DNA of 64,000 nt from Amoebophrya sp. A120 (lineage: Eukaryota; Protista; Dinoflagellata). A program made the position numbers and the translations under genes. Positions within the stretch are counted from its first letter, which is position 1. Every line of letters starts with the position of its first letter. This document shows, piece by piece, positions 13,101-23,716 of the stretch. The DNA is taken from contig CAJINV010000001.1 in NCBI GenBank assembly GCA_905178155.1, positions 11,092,311 to 11,156,310 on the forward strand. The letters run 5' to 3'. A model generated the notes under the pieces. That model worked only from the letters and a program-made list of their open reading frames with translations, was not told the DNA's origin and did not search any database.

Positions 13101-16100
13101 CGGCGGACAAAAGCCGCCGGCGCCTCTTTTCCCTTTTACTTAGTGTCCAAAACCTCAGCGCATACCTTTCGGCCAGCCTGCCCACTCTACACTCGGCTAT
13201 GGCAATGGGCGGGAAAACTAAAAAACCCCGGATACCTGCTGCTCGCTGGCCACGCGCGACACGCAGGAGGGACTTCGCCGCGCCTTTCCCAGCTGCGCGG
13301 CGGGACAAGCCGAAAGACGCCGGCGCGTGCGTCCGCGCCTTGGGTGGCCAGCCAGTCAGAAGCAAGGGCGGCCCGGGCGCCCGCGCCCATGCTGCCACCC
13401 AAGCTAATGCGTCAAGCCGGCACGCAAACGGAAGGGCTGCGGCTCTTTTTTGGTTCGGAGCTCCTCTCATCCGGGCGCGGCCACCTGGACACGCAGCAAA
13501 AGAGCTAGCCCCGCCCTTTCGTCCGCCTATGATTAGACGGAGCCTTGTGCGGCGCTGGGCCGCTGCGGAGTTTCGTGCGAGTTGCTGCGGGCTCCTTCAG
13601 CTGCTCAGCCGACGGAGGGAGAACGCAAATCCCTGCGTCTTCTGCGCTATCCGACTGGCCGCCGGCCGAAAAAAAACAGCCAAAATCGGCAAGGAAGCAG
13701 GCTAGAACGAGACGGCGACCAGGCAGTAGTACGTAGGCAGACCTGCACCGAGCGGGGTCCGCAGTGCTGCTCGGCGGGCCCTTGCGATATACTAGCAAAC
13801 GGACGCGCCCCGACTTTTGGCCCGAGCATAGATGGCCGTAGGCTTTTTCTCTTGTAGTGCTGTCGCTCTCTTATTTCTTGAAGCGTCCCTAGCTATCATC
13901 TTCGTTTTCATGCATTGCTTCCGCCTAGTTATTTGCACCGCCTTGAGCCCTATTGTTCTATTTGTTTGCGTAAATTCCCGCGCCGTTGTGCCTCCACGGC
14001 GGCGCGAGTGAGGTATACACAATACTGGGTCAATTTGTATTCGCAATTCCAATTTGTACTAGTGCGATACTTTTGCAAAGCATATGTTGCGGAGTGCGAC
14101 CAGGAGGGAAAGAACGTCTGCCTCTCCTGCGATGCAGGCTTCAACCTGTTGGACCGCGAGTGTCTCCCGACGCAGTGCAGCTGCGCCAACGGCGTAGTGG
14201 ACCCACATTGCACAGTCGACGAGCCGGAAAAATGTCTGTAAGCGATTGTCTAGCAGGACCTGCACCATTTTTTTCTTTGCACATGATGCTCGTTTTTTAC
14301 CTACACATCTACGCGTTTTATGGTGGCATGGTCCGTCGATCGCTAATACAGCAGTTCGTTTAGACGGACCTAATATGTAGTGAGGTCACCGAACGGTTCT
14401 AACCAGGGAGTTTTTTTGCCATCCAGCCAGAAAAACGACCGGCAGTTTTCAAGCGGCCGGAAGCGTTTTTGGACATAAAAAATTTTCAATTATAAAGCGG
14501 CCGAGGCTTTGTTGTCAAACAAGCCCGAGCCAATTCTATCGATTCGCACTGGATAAAACGACGCAGAGGAGCCGCCAAAAGGGGCGCCCTTCTGAGGTGC
14601 CCGCCGCCTTGGTTTCTGGCGATTTGGGGCGCCCAAAACGGGGCGCGCAAAAAACGCGCCCAAAATCAGAACAGCGAAACAGCATGGCACGGCCGTGATT
14701 TCGGAGCATTTTGGGCGGCCGCGAAAGCGGCCGCCGTTTCGCCGGTTTTAGAGCCTGGGACGCTTTGCAGAAAGCGCCGGCGTGAAAAATAGAAACGCGA
14801 AAAATGAAAAGCGCCCCACACGCGCAAAGCCAATCCGCATGCTATGGGCCCGGTTTTTCTTCGCTTTTTGGGCGCCCCCCGTGGCACCCAGATCGGCCCC
14901 ATAGCGTCGGGGCTGGCTTTCGGAAAAGAATTTTGGAAATGTGCCAAAATTTGCGACGTTTCCCAAGTGGCCGCCATGCCGTGCGGCATAACGTTACTCG
15001 CAGCGGTATGGCGGGCCCAGAAAAAGCAAAGCCGCGGCCAAGGCGGCGGCAGGCAAAAAAACGCCCACGACCTCACTACCCCCGCCCCGGCGGCTATATT
15101 TGGTAAAAAATATAATTGACGAGTCCACCTTCGCCTTGTTTTCTGCTCTTGGCACAGTCCGTTCTTCTGAAAAAAAAAATAGGTCCTGCGATGCGGGCTG
15201 GAAGATTGTCTCCACCAACAGCACATGTGTGAAGCAGGGTCCGTGTGTTTGCGATAACGGAACCCCAAACGGGGAACCGGTGTGCCCGGCAGCAGGCTTT
15301 GCTTCCTGTCAGGAATGCGACACGGGATTTTACCTTTCGGACGACAAGGACCGGTGCGTTCCAAATCCCCCAAAGATCGTGGTTTTGAATACCACCACCT
15401 CTACGTATGCTCTGGAAAAGTATCGTACTCGTACTACTAATCGCAGTCATGCATGACAAATCTGCTTCGTAGCTTGAACGAACGCGACGAATTTCATTTT
15501 TTCTTCAGAAAGCAACTGCATTGGTGTTCGCAATGTCTAGTAATCAAGTACGAAAGTTTTGCAATGCACACTGCGACTACCACGACAACCACCACCCGAC
15601 TGATTCTCAGTGTGCCGCTGAGCTTGTTGTCACTTGCGGCCGTGGGAAAGAACCCGGGCACAGGTGGCAACCAAGGACGGGGCTGGTTGACCCAAGACAA
15701 CAACTCGGGGCTCGGCTCCTTCTACGGAAGCGAGGCCGCATTGGAGCAGACGAAAGCACCGGCGTCGCTGTTTCAGAGAGCTGCCAGGAACGCCGCTACG
15801 AGGCATACGATGGTAAATCCGGGTCCATTTTTGGCGCAAAGTAGAACCCACCGAGCCAAGCCAGATTCGACGGACGACTTGGAGGACGGAAGTGCGAGCG
15901 AGGAGGAAGTCGAGCGGCATCAGGCCGAAACGGCGTTTCTTGCTACAGACGCGGACAACTCGGAGAAGATTTCAAGCCAGGAGAATCGCGCTAAAAAAGA
16001 TCGTAGGCAAGATAAAAAGCGGAACAGAGGGAAAAATACCCACCGCGGGCGACAGCAGCCCCCGGCGCCTAGTACTACACCAAGCGCCGCGGCCGCGTTG

Positions 16101-19100
16101 AGCAACACAACGTCCTCGTTTCCCGTGAAGCCAAGCGTCTGCGACGAGCTGGTGCTGCGGCCGCGAGGCGGGCAGCCCGGAGCTCCACAAATTGTAACGG
16201 TCAACAACGCGTCCTACGCGCAACTCACCGCCGCGGGGTGCGACCCGGTTCTGCAGCAGGGAACGGGTTTGCAGGGCGCGAACTGTCGCAACATCACGCT
16301 TGCCACCATTGACGCCGCGCGCCACCGGCTACGGATCTTGGGGGGTAGCATGGAGCTGGATCGCTTAGAGATCGCGGGGGATTTCGCTCTCGAATCCTGC
16401 ACTACGACGCCCTTCCTGGACGAGCGCTTGGGCAACTGGCAGTGGCGCGGGAGCGACGTGCCGCCGGACGGGGTGCTTCAGCCCACACGGGATGATCTGC
16501 TGGACGGAACAGGCTCCGAGACGCTGTCCTTCAAGGCCATAAAGTAAGAAAGTATATATAAAATTGCAAGGGCAACCAAGGGGGCCCTTGCTTGATGTTC
16601 TAAGAATAACGAAAAGCTTAAGCTCTACTAGTTGTTCCTTTTACCGCGAATTTTGAATCATCTCTGCAGACGAGAAATCATTCCCGTTGCTCGCTTCGTT
16701 CTCTTTTTTCATGTTTCCAGCGCGCCGCGGTGTGACTGTGAGTCATCTGGTACATTACGGTTCTTCACACCCAGTCGACTCGCGTTCAAAACAGGTGCAA
16801 TCGCATGCTGGTGCGGAAGAAGCAAGACGAGCCCATGGTGCCGGTCGTCGCGTTGTCGGACAAGCAAAAGGCGGAAACAGTGGTGAAGGCAACCGACTGC
16901 CAAAGCATGAGCCGTTTTACGGAAAGAGATGGACTTAGGATTTGCGGACAGGTACTCCTGCAGGTTCTTCGTCGCTCTCTCTGTAATCTCTGTAAGTATA
17001 GCCGATAGCGAGTGCGAGGACAGTGATGACGACAACGCTAGAGATAAATTACAATCGCATACACCTTCACCTAGTGCTAGTCCTCGTACGCGCTACCTTA
17101 CCTAGACGGCGTCATGTTTCACTCGTGACCAAGTCATCTTCATCTTTCGCAGGACTGCTCTGACATAGAAGTGGACGTGGGCGGCTGGGACGTGATGGAG
17201 AACGCCATCGAATTCTGTCTGGAGGGGTGCACCAATGAGATTGACAGCGAGAAGGCAAACCGGCCCGGGGTGCCCGTCACGAAGCAACGCTTTAAGCCGA
17301 GCCCCCTGTCCGCAACGAAGGCAAACTCCACCCGGGACGCGGTACCCACGAACACCACAAGTGCGAACCTGCTTTCGGCAAGCGGGCCGGCGGGCGTGGC
17401 CGGGAAGTTACCCTCTGCCTTAGCGCCTACGCCGAGGCAGCTCCTGCGAACCACGAGCCTCCCAGCGGGGTCCTTGTCGCCACCGCCAGCAGCCACGACC
17501 GTCACTGCGGCGCTGAATGTGAAATTCCCGGCAAAGCAGGAAAAAAAGGGCTCGGCTGCGAGCCTCATGGCAGCGAAGGAAGCCGCGCCGGTCGTGTTCA
17601 GCAGTAATGCTAATGCTTCCCCGGGTCCCGCATCGTTAGCAAAGGCCATCTCCGATGCTGTGCAGAGCAGCATTTCCGAGCAAGCGCAAGCATTTGGCGA
17701 TAAAGATCCGCACAACGAGGAAAATGATGAAAGCGATTTGCGTCGTTCACTGCGGTCAAGAATCAGTCACGATACCAGCGACGGGGCTGACAGCAAGGAG
17801 CCTGCAGGTGTTACCGGTACTATCGTACAGAAAAACTGTCGGCGAGATAAGCCGTACGCATTAATCTCTACAATGACTAGCGAAAGGTCAGAAAACCCAT
17901 TATTTAATAGTATTCCGCAATAGAAACAAAGAATAGAAACGAAAAACAAAAACAAAGAATGGAAACGAAAAACGAAAACAAAGAATGGAAACAAAGAATG
18001 GAAACGAAAAACGAAAACAAAGAATGGAAACGAAAAACGAAAACAAAGAATGGAAACGAAAAATGAAAACAAACAATGGAAACGAAAAACGAAAACAAAG
18101 AATAGAAACGAAAAACGAAAACAAACAATGGAAACGAAAAACGAAAACAAAGAANNNNNNNNNNNNNNNNNNNNNNNNNNNNNNNNNNNNNNNNNNNNNN
18201 NNNNNNNNNNNNNNNNNNNNNNNNNNNNNNNNNNNNNNNNNNNNNNNNNNNNNNNNNNNNNNNNNNNNNNNNNNNNNNNNNNNNNNNNNNNNNNNNNNNN
18301 NNNNNNNNNNNNNNNNNNNNNNNNNNNNNNNNNNNNNNNNNNNNNNNNNNNNNNNNNNNNNNNNNNNNNNNNNNNNNNNNNNNNNNNNNNNNNNNNNNNN
18401 NNNNNNNNNNNNNNNNNNNNNNNNNNNNNNNNNNNNNNNNNNNNNNNNNNNNNNNNNNNNNNNNNNNNNNNNNNNNNNNNNNNNNNNNNNNNNNNNNNNN
18501 NNNNNNNNNNNNNNNNNNNNNNNNNNNNNNNNNNNNNNNNNNNNNNNNNNNNNNNNNNNNNNNNNNNNNNNNNNNNNNNNNNNNNNNNNNNNNNNNNNNN
18601 NNNNNNNNNNNNNNNNNNNNNNNNNNNNNNNNNNNNNNNNNNNNNNNNNNNNNNGGACGCGGACATGTCGCGTCCAAGAGCCAGGACGCGGACATGTCGC
18701 GTCCAAGAGCCAGGACCGGACGCGGACATGTCGCGTCCAAGAGCCAGGACGCGGACGTGTCGCGTCCAAGAGCCAGGACGCGGACGTGTGGCGTCCAAGG
18801 AAAAGCCAGGACGCGGACATGTGGCGTCCAAGGAAAAGCCAGGACGCGGACATGTCGCGTCCAAGAGCCAGGACGCGGACATGTCGCGTCCAAGAGCCAG
18901 GACGCGGACACGTCGCGTCCAAGAGCCAGGACGCGGACACGTCGCGTCCAAGAGCCAGGACGCGGACACGTCGCGTCCAAGAGCCAGGACGCGGACACGT
19001 CGCGTCCAAGAGCCAGGACGCGGACACGTCGCGTCCAAGAGCCAGGACGCGGACACGTCGCGTCCAAGAGCCAGGACGCGGACACGTCGCGTCCAAGAGC

Positions 19101-22100
19101 CAGGACGCGGACACGTCGCGTCCAAGAGCCAGGACGCGGACACGTCGCGTCCAAGAGCCAGGACGCGGACACGTCGCGTCCAAGAGCCAGGACGCGGACA
19201 CGTCGCGTCCAAGAGCCAGGACGCGGACACGTCGCGTCCAAGAGCCAGGACGCGGACACGTCGCGTCCAAGAGCCAGGACGCGGACACGTCGCGTCCAAG
19301 AGCCAGGACGCGGACACGTCGCGTCCAAGAGCCAGGACGCGGACACGTCGCGTCCAAGAGCCAGGACGCGGACACGTCGCGTCCAAGAGCCAGGACGCGG
19401 ACACGTCGCGTCCAAGAGCCAGGACGCGGACACGTCGCGTCCAAGAGCCAGGACGCGGACACGTCGCGTCCAAGAGCCAGGACGCGGACATGTCGCGTCC
19501 AAGAGCCAGGACGCGGACATGTCGCGTCCAAGAGCCAGGACGCGGACACGTCGCGTCCAAGAGCCAGGACGCGGACACGTCGCGTCCAAGGAAGAGCCAG
19601 GACACGGACACGTCGCGTCCGAGAACCAGGACGCGGACAGGTCGCATCCAAGGAAGAGCCAGGACGCGGACAGGTCGCGTCCAAGGAAGAGCCAGGACGC
19701 ATCCAAGGAAGAGCCAGGACGCGGACAGGTCGCGTCCAAGGAAGAGCCAGGACGCGGACATGTCGCGTCCTGGCTCTTCCTTGGACGCGACACGTCGTCG
19801 GGCCGGTTCCACGTCGTGGCCAAGCCTGCCCGTGCCAGATCATGGCCAAGCCGGTGCCGGATCCATCATGGCCAAACCTGCCCGTGCCAGATCATGGCCA
19901 AGCCGGTGCCGGATCCATCATGGCCAAGCCTGCCAGCCGGCGCCAGATCTTGGCCAAGCCTATGCCAGGCCGTGGCCAAGCCGGTGCCAGATCCTGGCGA
20001 AGCCTGCCGGTGCCAGGTTGTGCCCAGGCCGGTCGGTGCCAGACCATGGCCAAGCCAAGCCTGCCGATGCCAGATCATGGCCAGGCCTAGCCGGCCGGTG
20101 CCAGATCGGAGCCAAGCCTGCCAGCCGGTGCCCGGCAGATGGAAGGATCATGGCCAAACCGGTGCCAGATCATGGACGAGCCCGCGCCACCCAGCTCATG
20201 GCTTGGCTAAGCCGACGCCAGGTCGTCCGTGCCCAAGGATGCCTGCCGGTGTGTGCCAGATCATGGCCCGGACCGCTGGCGCCAGGTCGTGGCCGAACCG
20301 CTGCAAAATCATGGCCAAGCAAGCCTGCCAGCCGGTGCCCGGCCATGGCCAAACCGGTGCCAGATCATGGCCGCGCCTGCGAGCGTCGGGCTGCCAACCT
20401 GCCCGCCGGTGCCAGATCATGGCCAGGCCGGTTCCGGGTGGTGCTGGTGGCCAGACCGGTGCCGGATCATGGCCAACCCGTTGCCAGATCATGGCCAAGC
20501 CGGTGCCAGATCATCGCCAAGCCGGTGCCAGGCAGGCCGTGTCCAAGCGAGCCGGCGCCACATCATGGCCAAGCCGGTGCCAAATCATGGCCACGCCGGT
20601 GCCAGATCATGGCCAAGCCGGTGCCAGGTCGTGGCCAAGCCGGTTCCGGGTCGCGGCCAAGGCGGTGCCAGGCAGATGATGGCCAAGCCGGCGCCAGAGG
20701 GATCATGGCCAAGCCGGCCCCGGGTCGTGGCCAGGCCTGCTTGCTCCAAGTCGTCCGCGGCCGCGCCCGCCGGTGCCAGATCATGGCCAAGCCGGTGCCA
20801 GGTCGTGGCTAAGCCGGTGCCGGATCATGGTCAAGCCGGTGCCAGGTCATCACCGAGCCGGTGCCAGATCATGGCCCGGCCGGTTCCAGATCATGGCCAA
20901 GCCCGCCGGTGCCAGGCAGGTCGTGGCCAGGCCGGTCGATGCCAGATCACAGCCAGGCCGGTGCTCGCTCATGCCCAAGCCGGTGCCAAGCCAAGCTGGT
21001 TCCGGGTCGTGGCCAAGCCAAGCTGGTTCCGGGTCTTGGCCAAGCCAAGCTGGTTCCGGGTCGTGGCCAAGCCGAAGCCGGTTCTAAATCATGGGGAGGC
21101 CAGCCAGCAAGCCGGTGCCAGATCATGGCAAAGCCGAGCCCTTGCGCCAGATCATGGCCAAGCCGGTGCCAGATGGATCACGGCCAAGCCCGCCTGCCGG
21201 TGCAAGGGCATCGCCAAGCCGGTGCGAGATCAAGGCCATGCCTGCCAGTGCCAGGTCGCGGCCATGCCGGTGCCAAAACATGGCCGCGCCGGTGCCAGAT
21301 CATGGCCGTGCCGGTGCCCGATCATGCCCAAACCGGTGCCGGACCCTGGCCACGCCGGTGCCAGGCCCTGGCTAAGCCGATACCAGACCCTGGCCAAGCC
21401 GGTGCCCGACCATGCCCGCCCCCCGCCGCCAGATGGATCGCGGCCCCGCCGGTGCCAGCATGCAAGATGGCGGCAAGGGCCAACCTGCCAGCCGCGCCGG
21501 TGCCGGATCGTGGCCAAGCCGTTCTGGCGCTTTGAAAATCGCAGGCAGATGGGCCTGCCTGTGCTGAAGCGCCGACGACGATTTTCCACAGAAAGACGCT
21601 GAGTGCTACCATTCATCTAGCGGAATACTATTAAGTCTGCAGGTTACTGGACACGGGAAGCGGGATAAGGCTAGTTCACTCTGAGCATTGCGTGTGGCGT
21701 TTTTCTTTTTGTATCATTATTTCGACTTTCAGTTTACAATTGCATACTTCTTGCACTGCGTTACCGCTTGCCACCTGTTTTATCAATGGTCTAAAGACGA
21801 GAAACAAGAACAACAATGAATTTGGTCGACTGGGTCGGTATGGTTCGTAAGCCTGCAACACTGAGAGTTCCTCTTTGCTGTGATGCGTTACGGTTTTTTT
21901 CTCCTTCCATAACGCCGTTTGGGAACCACGAAGGAGAACCAATTAGGCCACTAGAAACGACACTGCTTGAAAACAGTCGGCGGCAGATAGAGGGACACGA
22001 AAAGCAGATGAGCGCCAGCCCCTTCGGGCCACGCGGACCGGAAGTATTGTCGCAAAGTCTCCTGGTGAACAGGGACGTCGGTGGAGGCACGGAAGGTTTG

Positions 22101-23168
22101 TTCTCGCACTCATCGTTTTCTCCGTCTGCGACGCCCCCGGAAATACCAACGTCTGAGGAGGAATTGCTAGCGAAGTGGATGAATGACCAGGACGGCCGCG
22201 CGAAGGAACCGTTGATGCAGGAACAGGCAGCAGCCACGTCGCGCAAGGACGAGGACTCGATAGAACCACCAAGCGGAGAGCTTTCACCCTGGCAGTTGCA
22301 GCAGGAGGTGTCTGTTCCGGCTCTGGAATCCGTCCCGTCCGCAAGGGGTGTGGTGGATGCAAGAGCAATTGCAACGTCGTTGCCGTCGTCCACGTCATCA
22401 TCAAGCACAACCAGACTAAGCAATCCGGTATTAGACGAGACCGAAATAGGCCGAGGCCGCGCGCCTGGTGGCGACATCAAAGGGTCAATACAACTTGCTG
22501 GCTCAGCCTCAACATCTTCGGCACTACAAGACCCACCGAGAAGTGCGTCTGAGTCCTCCGCATACAGCCCCTTTCAGCCCGCCACGGACACAGGAAGGCA
22601 AGCCGGTGCCGGTCCTCTAGGCAGTTTCTCCCCTGCGCACCAAGTTTTGGCCGAACAAAGTGCAATGTTGCCGCCAACGGGAACAACTTCCACCGCTGAT
22701 ACATCAAGTACTTCTTCTAGCATAGTTTCGTCTCCCGATCCACCGCCACTTCGACAAGAGCCAAACGAAAACAAGCCGCCAACTGGGATTGTGGAGGAAA
22801 ATACATTTCGCTTCCTCGACATGCTATGGCGTTCTCAAACGTTACACTTACACTTACGGCCTCATCTGTTACATGAATTTGTGACGCACGAAAAAGAATA
22901 TTAGCAAATGCGAAAGCAAAGGGGGGGCGTCTTGCATAAGAAATTTGGCCATGCGAAGAAGCTTGATCGTGTGAAGTATGCTAGTGATTCTGTATGACCA
23001 ACCATGTCACAGCTGATGGCGTTGTAACGCTTAGGAATCCCATACACGATCGGTTTTGGCGGCAGCTCCGACAAGAGGGGGTCGGGAACGAGCGAAGGCG
23101 GCTCGGGCTCTTCTCCCGGCAGGCTACAGCGCTTACTGGAGGAGACCAGTGCTGCCAAGCAGGATTGA
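10103..23168 (+). CDS. Multi-exon, probably secreted/surface Cys-rich protein (beta-rich domain, three CxCxNG...CxxC repeats, Cys-punctuated beta-strand repeats, long Ser/Pro-rich tail)
   Basis: Hydrophobic N-terminus (WLRDLLVAFIGAGFLF). In-frame joins via introns 10319-10501, 11087-11282, 11439-11736, 12206-14089, 14238-15182, ~15405-15571, 16544-16794 and 16952-17152. Continuation across the satellite block to ORF 21816 and a last exon ending at TGA 23166-23168 is less certain. Confidence 0.65.
10319..10501 (+). other. GT-AG intron with short terminal inverted repeat TATCGT/ACGATA
   Basis: AAA|GTATCGT...ACGATAAG|CAG; phase 0; restores the frame into ORF 10649. Confidence 0.75.
11439..11736 (+). 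other. Non-canonical GT-AC intron with paired ends
   Basis: AGC|GTACAACTC...GAGTTGTCCAC|TGT; the join gives EWEYES-CHAEHPKDIECEVRKGDLLGW. An in-frame TAG at 11716 limits where the exon can start. Confidence 0.6.
12206..14089 (+). other. 1.9-kb non-canonical intron (GT...TG; position can slide 2 nt on a TG direct repeat) closed by a 27-bp terminal stem
   Basis: 12206-12232 pairs with 14061-14087 (1 mismatch, 5 G-U). Removal yields CVCANGIGVVG-AECDQEGKNVCLSC, matching the spacing of the two downstream Cys repeats. Confidence 0.75.
14238..15182 (+). other. GT-AG intron containing a GC-rich insert
   Basis: CT|GTAAG...AAATAG|G gives EKCL-SCDAGW. Confidence 0.85.
14377..15079. mobile_element. Possible MITE-like insert with an 11-bp terminal inverted repeat
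   Basis: GTAGTGAGGTC (14377-14387) and GACCTCACTAC (15069-15079) bracket the GC-rich, homopolymer-rich interior; no target-site duplication seen. Confidence 0.35.
17921..18154. repeat. A-rich tandem repeat, ~26-bp unit GGAAACGAAAAACGAAAACAAAGAAT
   Basis: Directly visible; runs into the gap. Confidence 0.95.
18155..18654. other. Assembly gap (500 N)
   Basis: Run of N. Confidence 1.
18655..19797. repeat. GC-rich tandem repeat, 29-bp unit GGACGCGGACACGTCGCGTCCAAGAGCCA, each unit self-complementary
   Basis: More than 30 near-identical units; GGACGC/GCGTCC inverted repeat in each unit; ends in one inverted unit. Confidence 0.95.
19800..21520. repeat. Degenerate GC-rich tandem repeat, ~22-bp core GCCGGTGCCAGATCATGGCCAA
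   Basis: Dozens of variant copies with indels. Confidence 0.9.
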
Positions 23169-23716
23169 TGTGGTCGCGCATTTGCTGAGGGCTGAGCCTG
23201 CACTTGTTGTCGCTTCATTCTTCAGGTCCGTGACCTCTGCTCCATTATCGTTTCGTATTTTCGTGCCATCAAGAATATCCTGTACAATTGCATCAGTTTC
23301 GCTTTCACTTTCTATTTCAGAGATGAACAACTGTCTGAAAAATGACAAACTATCACAATGTAGTATTACTTTCTGAGGTTCATTCTGATTGCAAACAAAC
23401 AAGTGCTACCCTACAAACGGAGACGCTTTATTTCGCTTTGCTAGAAGGGTACTTCGACAAAAGGAGGGCGCAAATGCTTGAAGAGATTTGACAAGAGGAA
23501 AAGCGTTGTTGTGTACAGCGCGCTTTTGCCGTTACGCTTTCTCATCGCGCTTGATGTTCCTCGCCTGTGTAGACTGCTTGTGGACCACTGCGTGACGACG
23601 TCCAGAGAGGAGAACTACTCCGAAGCACGAGGATCAAGATCATGATCAAGCGAAAAGAGTAGCATCAGCAACGGGGACGCAATGTACAGCCAGGCAAAAG
23701 ACAAAGGCTTGAGTAA

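Noticed and set aside
12720-13860. Protein-coding ORFs in the GC-rich intronic insert
   Set aside because: Arg/Ala/Pro-rich overlapping ORFs on both strands, with no transposase or other recognisable motif.
12223-14080. Canonical GT-AG boundaries for the long intron
   Set aside because: The join is out of frame with the downstream Cys-rich exon.
14377-15079. CACTA transposon
   Set aside because: CACTA/TAGTG lie in the wrong orientation and there is no 3-bp target-site duplication.
18655-21520. CRISPR-like array (palindromic 29-bp repeats not far from an RT gene)
   Set aside because: Units abut with no unique spacers, there are no cas genes, the context is eukaryotic, and the RT is a LINE with its own target-site duplication.
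17767-21616. Long ORFs (450-920 aa) over the repeats
   Set aside because: Open in several frames on both strands because the repeat units lack stops, and several read through the N gap.
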